Below, piece after piece: positions 17,035 through 27,500 of a stretch of DNA of 39,351 bases (its first letter is position 1; each line of letters opens with the position of its first letter). The translations under genes were made by a program, and so were the position numbers. Source of the DNA: a virus (lineage: Duplodnaviria > Caudoviricetes); the IMG/VR virus record IMGVR_UViG_3300032212_000061, positions 1 through 39,351 of that record; one strand, written 5' to 3'. The notes beneath the pieces are model-generated. The model had not been told where the DNA came from. It worked only from the letters and a program-made list of their open reading frames with translations, and made no database searches.

Positions 17035-18102
17035 ATGCCTTTTACAGCAGCAGAACTGGCAATTGCGGGTGAATCCTCAATTGATCACAACCTAAAAACA
17101 AAACTTACCGATCAGGTTAATACTGAACGGCCTCTTCTTAAAAAACTCAAAGCTAAGCAAAAAACATGGGGTGGCGGTAAAGAAAACGTCACTGAAGGTT
17201 TACGCGTAAGCAACGGTGCAAACTTCCAGTGGTATATCGGTTCGCAAATCGTTAGCTATAACAAGCGCGATAATGTGAAGCGTGTGAAGTTCCCGTATCG
17301 TTCAGCACATGATGGCTTCTCTCTTGATGAAGATCGTTTAATTCAAAACGGTATTCAGTTAGATGAAAATGGCAAAGGCAAAAATTACTCCGATGCTGAA
17401 AAAGTTCAGTTAAGCAATTTGCTTGATGAAGAAGTTGATGCGTTGTCTTTGGGTTTTGATGAAAAATTCGATCAATCGTTACACTTAGATGGTTCACAAG
17501 ATGCGGATGCATTAGTGGGCCTTGATGCGATTATCTCGCTTACACCTTCAACGGGTACGATTGGCGGTATCGATGCGTCAACTAAAGTCTATTGGCGTAA
17601 CCATGCAGCAACAGGTTTAACGACTACCACGACCACAGGAACAATCGTGGACAAGATGGAAGCTGCCTGGAAAGCCTGTATTCGTAACGGTGGTATGCCT
17701 GACTTTATTTTAGCCGGTACAGATTTTATCGATGGCTACCGTAAATTTATGATGACTACGTATGGTCGTGTGAATTACGGCGCTCAAGAAACAAAATCTG
17801 TTGATGGCGGTTCAGGTATGAATGGCGTTGATACAGGTCTTCGCTTTAATAATGTTCCTATTATTTGGGATCCAGTATTCCAAGAATTAGACACTATCTA
17901 TGCACCCGCTACACCTTGGGAAAAACGTTGTTACTTCATTAATACCAAGCACCTTTGCTTGCGTCCAATTGAAGGTCACGACATGAAAACCCGCAAACCA
18001 CCTCGCGTTTATAACCAGTACGAACAGTATTGGGGTTTAACGTGGAAAGGTGCGTTAACGACTAATCGCCGTAATGCACACGCAGTACTCGCTATAGCTT
18101 AA
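17035..18102 (+). CDS. Major capsid protein
   Basis: 355 aa after scaffold; strong AAAGGAGG RBS; DG......GL and GGID...YWRN patterns. Confidence 0.9.
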   Translation: MPFTAAELAIAGESSIDHNLKTKLTDQVNTERPLLKKLKAKQKTWGGGKENVTEGLRVSNGANFQWYIGSQIVSYNKRDNVKRVKFPYRSAHDGFSLDEDRLIQNGIQLDENGKGKNYSDAEKVQLSNLLDEEVDALSLGFDEKFDQSLHLDGSQDADALVGLDAIISLTPSTGTIGGIDASTKVYWRNHAATGLTTTTTTGTIVDKMEAAWKACIRNGGMPDFILAGTDFIDGYRKFMMTTYGRVNYGAQETKSVDGGSGMNGVDTGLRFNNVPIIWDPVFQELDTIYAPATPWEKRCYFINTKHLCLRPIEGHDMKTRKPPRVYNQYEQYWGLTWKGALTTNRRNAHAVLAIA

Positions 18103-18201
18103 TCCGCTTGGGGAACGTCCTTGTTTTTTGCTCCGTGGGAGCAAGGGCGGTTGTCACGCGGAGCAAACTATTCCCCTAAACTTTTAAAGAAGGTATTTAT
18201 T

Positions 18202-19032
18202 ATGGCTCGTAAATTTACTAGCACATTTGTACACGTCACGATTGAACGTGGTGAAAATGAACATATTGCAACAACTGTTTTAGCGCACGAAATTCCTTGT
18301 TTGTTAGCTAAGCATGGTGAAGGCTCTGTGAAAGTTGTTACCGATATCCCTAAAGATGTACTTGATTATCAGCGTATTGGTGAAAAGCTTGAGCTTGACC
18401 GTGAAGAAGAGTGGGGTCGCTTAATGTCAAAGTATGGCATGCACCCGAACTTCGATGCTGAAACAGTCGTTTATGTTTATCAAAACGATAAAATTCGCAT
18501 GACTAAGTTTGACTTAGATGAATTTATTGCAGACTCCGGTGCTGTTGAAAACAGTGAAAACATTGAAGCCATGCTTGATATGTTGGATGACATGGGTGTT
18601 GAAGTTGAGAGTGAGCGCCCTGGTAAAGTTGAAAGCCTACTTCGTGAAGTGCTTTGTGAAAAGCTGGACGATAAAGGCGTTGATTATCGTTCAAACGATG
18701 ACATTAAAGTGCTTATGGCAGTGGCTAATGCGGTGTTACCCATGACGGTTGCTAAGACAGTGGGTAACGCTATCAAAAATGCTGTTGGTGGTGGTAAGTC
18801 AAAAGTTGATGAAGACGGTGATGGCGATATTACCGTTAAAGAAATTAAAGAAAAGCTTGATGCCATTGAAGTTGATTATAATAAATCAGGTAATAAAGCG
18901 TATCTCTATGAAACGCTTGAAATGGAATTAAAGCTTATTCTTGAAGAAAATGAAGTTCCATTTGAAGAAGAAGAGCCAGCAGAGGTTTTATGGTCAAAGT
19001 ATCAGGACTATAAAACGAGTAAGGCGGCTTAA
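18202..19032 (+). CDS. Acidic protein with HeH/LEM-like repeats
   Basis: AAGGT RBS at ATG 18202; TVKEIKEKLDAIEVDYNKSGNKAYL and related repeats. Confidence 0.7.
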   Translation: MARKFTSTFVHVTIERGENEHIATTVLAHEIPCLLAKHGEGSVKVVTDIPKDVLDYQRIGEKLELDREEEWGRLMSKYGMHPNFDAETVVYVYQNDKIRMTKFDLDEFIADSGAVENSENIEAMLDMLDDMGVEVESERPGKVESLLREVLCEKLDDKGVDYRSNDDIKVLMAVANAVLPMTVAKTVGNAIKNAVGGGKSKVDEDGDGDITVKEIKEKLDAIEVDYNKSGNKAYLYETLEMELKLILEENEVPFEEEEPAEVLWSKYQDYKTSKAA

Positions 19033-19688
19033 TGGCTTTACCAGCAAAAGCTACGCTTGGCACCTTGCGTGCCGAGCTTTTATCTCGTCTTGGGTTTGCT
19101 TCTCAAGGTGCTTCAGCAGGGAACATGGTTTCGGCGGCTGATTCATTTTTGCGGCGTGCTCAGGAGTTTTTATACTGGCATTATAATTTTAATGAATTAA
19201 AGAAAGTTTATGATTGGACAGTGAACGCCGGTCAAACGTTATACGATTGGCCTGATGATATGGAACCGCGACAAGCTTCAAGCTTGCGTGTTTTAGTGAG
19301 TGAACAATGGCGACCACTTGAAGAGGGGGTTGAGTATTTCCATGATTCTTATGTTGACTCGCGTGATTATCCAAAACGATATGACCGTAAAGCGCAATTA
19401 GAAATTTACCCTCAGCCTGATCAGCAATATACCTTACGTTGTGATTATTACTCACGTTTAGGCGCGTTCACGCAAGAAAATGACAAGTGCACCATTGATG
19501 AGCTTTTAGTGTTTGCCTATGCCTTAGCCAAGGCCAAAGCGCATTATAAAATGCCTGATGCTCAGTCCTATGTGGATGATGTAAGTAGTATGCTGCGTAA
19601 ATTAAACATGAAGGCGCATGGCGATAAACGGTATTTCATTGGTGGTAATAACCGTCCAGAAGAAATGCCGCGTCCAAAGGTTGTATAA
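19032..19688 (+). CDS. Head-tail adaptor (tail tubular A-like)
   Basis: TL..LR...RLG; G...Y..P.D; IYP.PD..Y; ELL..YALA pattern; TAATG coupling. Confidence 0.78.
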   Translation: MALPAKATLGTLRAELLSRLGFASQGASAGNMVSAADSFLRRAQEFLYWHYNFNELKKVYDWTVNAGQTLYDWPDDMEPRQASSLRVLVSEQWRPLEEGVEYFHDSYVDSRDYPKRYDRKAQLEIYPQPDQQYTLRCDYYSRLGAFTQENDKCTIDELLVFAYALAKAKAHYKMPDAQSYVDDVSSMLRKLNMKAHGDKRYFIGGNNRPEEMPRPKVV

Positions 19689-19690
19689 TA

Positions 19691-21079
19691 ATGACGCAAA
19701 TTGTTTACAATCAATTTGATGGTGGTTTTGATTTAAGAAAAGGGGCTTCGGTTTCGGATGCTAACCGCTTGCGTAAGCTGGTTAATGCTTATGTCACTAC
19801 CGGCAAGGCTATCAGAATGCGCAACGGTCTATCACTGGTAGCCACGCTTGAAGCCGGTACAAAAGGCTTGGTTGCGGCGGCTAATAAGTTGCATACCTTT
19901 TATGAGTCCGGTTCTGTTGCGCATGCTAATGCGTTATTTCAAGCCAATAAAATTGCTCATCCAACTACCAGCCAGTTAATTAAAAAAATTCATCATTCAG
20001 ATGAATTTGATGGTTATATATATTTATCAGCTGAATATGCTGATGGCTCAGTAAAACATCATTATCTTGATGGCAGTTCACCCACTCATATTGTAGATGC
20101 TAATTGCCCAAACTCTAAAAGCTTTATTAAATTATCGTCAAAGATATGGGGCGTAAGTAATGATACAGCACCTTTTAGTGCAACGGGTTTACCTCGCAAT
20201 TGGTCGCAAAGTAATGATGCAGGGTATTTACCGGTTGGATTACAGCAATCAGGTGGTGGCAGTGCTAAAGCAGTAGGTCAGCGCGATAAAGATTTAGTGG
20301 TCTTTTTTGGTAACAGTTCACAAGTCTGGATTCCAGATCCCGATCCATTGCTTCATGTATTTAAAAAATCGATTCCTAGCGTGGGTACAAAGTTTTCAGG
20401 CAGTATCGGCCAGCTTTCAGATGATGTTTATTTTTTAAGTGACTTTGGTTTTCGTTCAATCACGCTTGCAGGGCAAGATGGCAACCTTACCGATATGGAC
20501 GTGGGAAGCCCTGTTGATAAAAGCGTTAAACCGCTAATCAATGATTCTATTGAACCACTTGCTAAATACTTTGCGGGTGGTGGTCAATACTGGTGTGTGA
20601 TTGGAACCACGGTTTTTGTTTATACTTTTTCACGCTCTATGAAAATAAGCGCGTGGTCGCAGTATGAATTTGCTGAAGGTTTTGATGATATCGCAGAATT
20701 AAATGGTTCGCTTTATATTCGTATTGGCGACAATGTTTATTTGTTTGATGATACCGCAAGCAATGACTACGGCACTGATTATGAGCTTAGAATTGAATTT
20801 CCTTTTTTAGATTTTAAAGAGCCTGGTATTCTAAAAAGCATCACCGGTATGGATGCGATTGTTGAAGGCAATATGGATATTCAGTTTCGCTGGGATCCAA
20901 ATGATGCAACGTTAATCACGTCCAAGATTCCATTGTCCGGTGATACGCAAGCGGGAGCGGTTATCCCTGTTGGTATCACCTCAACACAAATTGCGCCGGT
21001 TATTACGGCAAGCAGTGCTAATGGTTTAAGTCAGCTTGATTCAATGACCTTTTATTTTGATTCATTGGGTGTTGCGTGA
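19691..21079 (+). CDS. Tail hub/nozzle (tubular B / P22 gp10-like)
   Basis: F.GG N-terminus, beta-propeller-like composition, AWS.Y; follows the adaptor. Confidence 0.75.
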   Translation: MTQIVYNQFDGGFDLRKGASVSDANRLRKLVNAYVTTGKAIRMRNGLSLVATLEAGTKGLVAAANKLHTFYESGSVAHANALFQANKIAHPTTSQLIKKIHHSDEFDGYIYLSAEYADGSVKHHYLDGSSPTHIVDANCPNSKSFIKLSSKIWGVSNDTAPFSATGLPRNWSQSNDAGYLPVGLQQSGGGSAKAVGQRDKDLVVFFGNSSQVWIPDPDPLLHVFKKSIPSVGTKFSGSIGQLSDDVYFLSDFGFRSITLAGQDGNLTDMDVGSPVDKSVKPLINDSIEPLAKYFAGGGQYWCVIGTTVFVYTFSRSMKISAWSQYEFAEGFDDIAELNGSLYIRIGDNVYLFDDTASNDYGTDYELRIEFPFLDFKEPGILKSITGMDAIVEGNMDIQFRWDPNDATLITSKIPLSGDTQAGAVIPVGITSTQIAPVITASSANGLSQLDSMTFYFDSLGVA

Positions 21080-21648
21080 GTTCAGCTAGTCAAACGTTAT
21101 TAAGTGCGGTGGTTGCGGTTGGTGCCGGTACCGCGTTTGATTTGTCTGTTTTGCCACGTTATCAGGGTGGAGCGCATAGCTTTGTGGTAAGCGGCACGTT
21201 TGTTGGTAGTGTTGATATTGAAGCGTCTATTGATGGCGGCGTGACTTTTTTTGCATTAAAAACATTTACGGACGCGGGTGGCCATTTTCCAGTTGGCGGT
21301 GTTTACACGCATATTCAGGGCAATGTAACCGCTTATACCAGTGGCGATATTACGTTAGATGTACGTTATGGTTTATTGCAAGATTTAAAAACAACTATTG
21401 ATACCGTTTCAACGAATATTAATACGTTGCTCTCAAGATTAAGCGCAGCGCGTGCAGGTTTTCTTGATGAATTGTCATCGATTAATTTACCCGCAGATGT
21501 AACCACTTTAATTAGCCGGTTAACGTCTGCGCGTGCGGGGTTGCTTGATAACTTAACGCGCCTTGATGCAACGATAAGCGGTATTTCGGTAACAGCACAA
21601 ATCCAAAGTCTTGTTAAACAGCTTCGTAAAGAAGGGCGTAACGTGTGA
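21076..21648 (+). CDS. Virion protein: beta domain plus helical repeats
   Basis: GTGA overlaps at both ends; SRL(S/T).ARAG.LD.L repeated twice. Confidence 0.7.
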   Translation: MSSASQTLLSAVVAVGAGTAFDLSVLPRYQGGAHSFVVSGTFVGSVDIEASIDGGVTFFALKTFTDAGGHFPVGGVYTHIQGNVTAYTSGDITLDVRYGLLQDLKTTIDTVSTNINTLLSRLSAARAGFLDELSSINLPADVTTLISRLTSARAGLLDNLTRLDATISGISVTAQIQSLVKQLRKEGRNV

Positions 21649-22136
21649 TTGTTGAGCTTACCCAAGAGCATGCTTTATATGTTTGTCAAAATATGCGTGA
21701 AAGTGATTTCCGTGAGTGCATGGAAACAATCTGGCAAGCAAATGATGGTGATAACGCGGCGTTAATAGCGAGTCACTGCATGAATGCAAATGGCCCTAAG
21801 TGGGTGGCAATCAATCGTGAAGGTGTAGCGGTGGTGATTGGTGGCGTTGCGTTAACTGCGCCTTGTGTGGGTACCGCATGGATGATAGGCACAGATGAGT
21901 GGTTAAGTGTTGCGCTTGAAGTCAGTCGTTTTTGTAAATCCTCAATGAAAACAATGTTTGATAGCGGCGTGGTTCACCGTATCCATGCTTTTTCAGCAAC
22001 GTTTCATACCGAGTCACATCGATGGCTGGAACTGGTTGGTTTAACAGCTGGCCCCACGTTGAAACAATGGGGAAAGAATAAAGAGGATTTTATTTTGTTT
22101 GAGGCACTTAGTTCAGGGGAATCATTATGTGTTTAG
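21645..22136 (+). CDS. GNAT acetyltransferase-like protein (T7 gp13/DUF2833-like)
   Basis: NMRESDFRE, G.AWMIGTD, S.RWLE.VG pattern; precedes the ejection proteins. Confidence 0.78.
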   Translation: MIVELTQEHALYVCQNMRESDFRECMETIWQANDGDNAALIASHCMNANGPKWVAINREGVAVVIGGVALTAPCVGTAWMIGTDEWLSVALEVSRFCKSSMKTMFDSGVVHRIHAFSATFHTESHRWLELVGLTAGPTLKQWGKNKEDFILFEALSSGESLCV

Positions 22137-22927
22137 GTGGTGGTGGTGGTGGCGGTAATGCGGCAGGTGAAGCTGCAAAGCGTGAAGAAACGCGACAAAC
22201 AGAACAAGATGATGCGGTGGACAGAATTAATGCGCTTTTCGGTATAGGCTCAGGAAGCTCAGCTGCAATGCCTGATAAAAACGAAGATCGCTTTTATGTA
22301 ATGAAAAAAATTAGCCCAAGAGGGGAAGAACAAAGAATTTTTAATCAAGCCCTTTATGATGAGGCGGTTGCTAAAGCTAAAGCGACAGCAGACAGCAATC
22401 AAAGTGCAGCGGCGAATAAAACGAAACTTGAAAGCCTGTATTCTGGTGTTGGTAACGATGTTAGCTCATATCTCACGGATGACTTAAACAACCAGTATGA
22501 AAATGCAGATCGCGCTAATCGTTTCGGTGTTGCGCGGCGTGGTGTTCGTGGTGGCTCTTCTGAGCTTGATGTTCAGGAAGGTATGCAAGAAGACTTCGAT
22601 AAAGGTGTGGTAAACATTGGTAATCGTTCAACTGAAGCATCCAATCAAATGCGTTTAGCCGATAGCGGCACGCGCCTTAATTTAATCAATCGCATTATGT
22701 CGGGCATGTCCGGTGATGCGGCAATCGTTTCTGCTCAGCAATCATTAAAAAATAATTCAGATAGCATCCGCAACCAAGCGTTATCTCAGTCATTAGATAA
22801 TGTCTTTAGGGACACATCATATATCAATAATCAAGAATCAAAACGTAAAGGGACTCGTCGTGCCGACGAATATTATGGTACCTATTATCCTTCTACAAAA
22901 AGCTATAACGGGAGCGTAAAACGATAA
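22127..22927 (+). CDS. Internal virion / DNA ejection protein
   Basis: MCLGGGGGG start; A/Q/N-rich helical; ARRG..G.S. Confidence 0.72.
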   Translation: MCLGGGGGGGNAAGEAAKREETRQTEQDDAVDRINALFGIGSGSSAAMPDKNEDRFYVMKKISPRGEEQRIFNQALYDEAVAKAKATADSNQSAAANKTKLESLYSGVGNDVSSYLTDDLNNQYENADRANRFGVARRGVRGGSSELDVQEGMQEDFDKGVVNIGNRSTEASNQMRLADSGTRLNLINRIMSGMSGDAAIVSAQQSLKNNSDSIRNQALSQSLDNVFRDTSYINNQESKRKGTRRADEYYGTYYPSTKSYNGSVKR

Positions 22928-23589
22928 TGTGCAATCCAGTAGCAATAGGTTTAATGGCCGCAAGCGTTGCAGTTGATCAAAAAAATCAAAGAAGCGCAAC
23001 AAAAAGAACGAACAACCAAATTGCGTTGCATGAAGAGCGTAACGATAAATTTAATAAAAAAATTATCGATACTTCAGATGAAAGTGTAAAGCAATATAAG
23101 CCTGAAACACGAATTGAAAACCTTAATGTAGAGCAAGCGAAGTCTGAAAAATCATTAACAGAAGCACTCACAACGGCGCGTGATAATCAGGATAGCAATA
23201 GTATTGCCGCTCAAGGTAAAGTGAGTAATAAATACACGACTGATAAGGCTGAACGTGCTCTTCAAAGAACAAAAGCCGGTGTTGATTTAGCGAAGATGAT
23301 CAGCAAAGTAGGTGCACCGACAACACTAACAAGAAATGAAAGCATGGAAAATGCGCAAGCCTCAAGTGTTATCGGCAATCAAAAAGCACATCGTGTCGAT
23401 ATGGCAAGAGCGGGTGGCGTTGATATTAGGAAGGCGGGAGAGCTTAATCAGTCAATGAAATTGATATCTGGATTGTTACGTGGTGCAGCTATGGCGTATA
23501 GCGGTGGAGCAGCGGGTGCAAGTAGTGGTGCGGGAGCAAGCGGCAGTACTGCGATCAGTTCCTCATCGTATGGCGGCGCGGTAGCGTAG
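22927..23589 (+). CDS. Internal virion / DNA ejection protein (T7 gp14-like)
   Basis: MCNP + hydrophobic start; Gly/Ala/Ser-rich C-terminus. Confidence 0.72.
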   Translation: MCNPVAIGLMAASVAVDQKNQRSATKRTNNQIALHEERNDKFNKKIIDTSDESVKQYKPETRIENLNVEQAKSEKSLTEALTTARDNQDSNSIAAQGKVSNKYTTDKAERALQRTKAGVDLAKMISKVGAPTTLTRNESMENAQASSVIGNQKAHRVDMARAGGVDIRKAGELNQSMKLISGLLRGAAMAYSGGAAGASSGAGASGSTAISSSSYGGAVA

Positions 23590-23598
23590 GAGAAAAAA

Positions 23599-24591
23599 AT
23601 GCAAAATACACGAGTCGGTTCAGGCGCAACACGAATGATGATGTCGCTAATGGGTGGCAGTGATGCAATTGAAGAAAAAAGTTTTGCCGATGCATTAAAT
23701 GCAAAAATGAATTTTGCTGCAAATCATGCAAGAGCCAATAAATTAAATTCTGAAGCCGCATTAAATACAGATCGATTGGAAAATATGGATACTGGCCGTG
23801 AGCAGTTTATGCAAGGGGCAACCAATTTAACGCAACCTCAGTTAGACATAATGAATGCTTTTATGAAAAGCGGTCAATATCAACAGCAAGACGATGGTCC
23901 ACCAACAGCGCAAGGTGATGTTTCCATGATGGCGATTGAAAAGCCTGAATGGGTAACGCCAGAAGTAACAAATAAATATGGTCGTGCGCGTATGGTTAGC
24001 GGTGCCAATATGATGGGTACCGGCAAATCAAATGCTGAGCAAATTATTAATGCATTGCTCTCCGGTGCAAATTTAAGCCGACAAGACCAGATGATTGAAG
24101 GCACTTTAAACCCTGAAGTGGTTGCACCGGCCATGGCTGCAACAGCCGGTAAGCCGACTTATAACGTTACCTCAAGCGGTATTGGTTACAAGCCTTATGG
24201 TGGTGCTGAAGATATCGATGATACAACCTTTATTGATAACGCCAACATTAATGCAGCGGCAAAAATAAATGCCGCGTTTATGCGTAATAACATTAATGGT
24301 GGCCAGTTACCCGCAGAAGCCAAAATGGTCGAATTCTATATGGACAAAGACTATCCAAAAGAGAAAGCCGTTGAAATGGCGAGAAACCGCAAAAATACAC
24401 CGTTACACATGATTGCCGCAGAGCTTTATCAAGAAGGGGTTAAAAACCTAGCCTTAAACCGTGAAGCCGTTGATTGGAGCCAAGAACAAAAAGAAATGTT
24501 TGTTCAAGATCAAGTAATAAGAACAATGCTATTCTTACAAAACAATAAAGATAAGTTTAGTGGCTCGGATGATCCATTGGGGATTCGTTAA
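23599..24591 (+). CDS. Internal virion / DNA ejection protein
   Basis: AGGAG RBS; position; C-terminal DDPLGIR coupled (TAATG) to the giant gene. Confidence 0.7.
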   Translation: MQNTRVGSGATRMMMSLMGGSDAIEEKSFADALNAKMNFAANHARANKLNSEAALNTDRLENMDTGREQFMQGATNLTQPQLDIMNAFMKSGQYQQQDDGPPTAQGDVSMMAIEKPEWVTPEVTNKYGRARMVSGANMMGTGKSNAEQIINALLSGANLSRQDQMIEGTLNPEVVAPAMAATAGKPTYNVTSSGIGYKPYGGAEDIDDTTFIDNANINAAAKINAAFMRNNINGGQLPAEAKMVEFYMDKDYPKEKAVEMARNRKNTPLHMIAAELYQEGVKNLALNREAVDWSQEQKEMFVQDQVIRTMLFLQNNKDKFSGSDDPLGIR

Positions 24592-27500
24592 TGTTGTTGT
24601 CTGATTTTCGTTTAAAAAACCCTCAATACAATGATATGGACGATGGCGCATTAACAACGGCGCTTCATAAAAAATATTATTCAGATGTTGATTTTAATGA
24701 GTTCAGTCAAAGCATTGGTTATGAAGCGCAGCCAGAAAATGCGGCAAATGATATTGTGAGTGCGTTTCAAGGTGTTGTTAATGAAGGTGTTAATAATCCT
24801 TTATTAAACCAAAAACAAAGCGTTGTTGATTATCAAAACCCGATTGAATCTGAAACATTAAATATTCGTGGTACCGACATTCAAACAGGTGAGCAATTCC
24901 CTGTTATAAGCAACAATAAAAACATATTGCGTGATATCGCAGAACCTAATTGGCGTGAAAATCAGTTAGTAGAATCGATTGATCAAATGGCCCCTGGTAC
25001 CAGAAAACCATCCGGTATGTACCCTAGTGAGAATAAGTCAGATTTACGGATCTCGTTAGAGAATCTTTTTGGTGAACGCGGCCAAGTTACACCAGAATCA
25101 AATGCCGAAGACATGGTGCATGCAGCCGCACAAATGAATGCAGGTCGTGGTGAAACCGCTAAAGAATATCTTGAAAATACCGGCCAAAGAACGGGCGTAT
25201 TAACGCGTACAGCAAAAGACGTTGCCTCGGGTGCCGTTTCAACAGCTGAAGGTATGCTGGGTTATGTTGCACGTATGACAGATAGCAACGGCATGCGTGT
25301 TGCTCAAGATGAAATGAGTAATAAAGCACATGAGCTTATGCCAGCTAATCCGCAATTTCTTGATGAGTTAGCCGCGGGGTTTGGTTCTACTGCAACGTTT
25401 TTTGTTCCTGGTCTTGGTGTAATGAAAGGCGCACAAGCCGTTGCTAAAGTATCTCCAACAATGGGTGCATGGCTTGGTTCAGGTGCAGCAGCGGGGATGG
25501 AAGCTGCAACGGAATCCGGTGCAGTTTATACAGAATTAAGAAACAGTGGCATGAGTCACAATGAATCCGCTCAAAAAGCGGATGCTGTATTTTGGGCCAA
25601 TGCTGCGTTAGTGAGTGTAACGAACAAGTTTGGTCTGTTTAATGAATCGGGTGGCCAGCTTGCTAGGCGTTCTCTTGCAGCGGTTAATGAGGGTGTTTTA
25701 CAGGAAGGCCCACAACAAGCAATTAGCAATATTGCAACCGGTAAAGATTGGGTTGAAGGTGTACCCAAATCGATGGCCATTGGTTCTATTGTCGGTACTA
25801 CGCTTGCAGGTAATACGCGCAGCAAAAAAGAAGAAGTGGGTGCTGAGCTTGATAAATCCATTGAAAATACGGCAGTCAATCAAGACGCAGTGGATGCCGC
25901 TATTCGTGATCAGTTAAACCCCAATAACCAAGCTGAAAATAATATTAATACCAGTGAACCCCCAGCAGTACAAATTGCTAACGCTTTAAAAGCCTCAGTA
26001 CAACAACCAAAATCAACAAGCCCGTATGCCAATAATGATATGGGGTCAAATGTGGTTGAGTTATCTAAACAAAAGAATACCCCTCAAAATAATGCTGTGA
26101 AACCTTCTGAGGTAGCAGCAGAAGAGAAAAAAGAAACAAAGCCTTCACGCATTAAAGAATTGCTTCAATTGCAATCTAACCTACAGGAAAACGGTTACAA
26201 CGATAAAGCCGAGCTTGATACTAAGTTACGTGAAATAAAATCACTCGCTGATGAAGTGGCTTATGGCGAAGTTGAGCGTGAAGATTATCAGCAAGCCGTG
26301 GACGTTAAAAAATGGGCGGTTGAGTTTGGGCATAGTACCAATAAAAAAGATAACCAGGTAATCCATCAAAATGATGTTAAAAAAGAAACTAACACGTTAC
26401 AGCAAAGCTCTGAGCAGAGCGAAATGGAGTTTAAATCACCACAAAGCATTAATGAAGAATTATCGAGTAACGAAGTTAAAGGTGAGGCTAAAAAAGAAAA
26501 GAACAAGAAAAAATCAAAAGATAAACCAGTTGAAAATATTGCTAACAATAAAGAACGATCACCAAATGAAGAAGAAATGAATTACCCTGCAACCAACGAT
26601 GCAAGAATTTTAAAGGCTAGAGAAAACCAGAGAGGTAAGCAGCCTCCTAAATCTGAAAACTATAAAAATGATGATGGTTCAGAAGACTATAGTTCATATT
26701 TAAAAGACTTTAATGCAAATCGTGCAGAATCATGGATGGCAGAGTCAGCGGGTATTGTTGAAGCAACTAGCTATGAACGCTATAAGTTACATGAAGCTGC
26801 TGATGCGCAGAAATTGGCATTACAAAGTAAAATCGGAGCACCATTAAAGCACGATGGAAAATTATTTATGGCGGGTGCTTGGGGTGCCATGGGGAATAAT
26901 GATGTTCCAGTTCGCAGAATTTATCCGCTTGAAGAATATACCGGTAAAACTCATACAGAAGCCAACGGCCCGTATGAAGGTAGAATAGTTAAGCATGGTA
27001 AAAAATCTTACGTAATTGGCGAACAATGGCTTTTAACATCAAAAGAAGGTACCAAAACCTCAAACGAAAAGAATGATGAACATGAGCCAGAATCATCCAA
27101 ACCTAAAGATAGTGATACGAAAAGAAAAAACAATCCTCCTTCTGATTTAGACAGATGGGAAGCTCACGATAGTCTTATGGATGATATGCGTGATGGCAAA
27201 CTAACACTAAAACAATACCGTGATAGTTTTGAAGAGTTAGCAGCAAACCGTGAAACGGTAATAGAAGAGCTATCAAAAGAAACAAAGAAAACGCTATTAA
27301 GCCGCATGGGTGCCATGGATGCTCAGCGGTATAAAAGCGAAAAGAAAGCAAGTGTAGTTGAGTCTTTATATGTCGATATGTTGAAAGATTATATACCACC
27401 TAGCAGTGATGGTGGTGGCATGTATAGTTATTCCCCTAAAGTTGGTGGCGATTTCATACAAAGCATGATTGATGTGGTTCGTGAGAAAGTTGAAAGCGTG

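Noticed and set aside
18121-18201. TTG-start N-terminal extensions of ORFs 18121, 9946, 7727 and 8421
   Set aside because: Downstream ATGs (18202, 10030, 7892 or 7823, 8463) have better RBS or coupling
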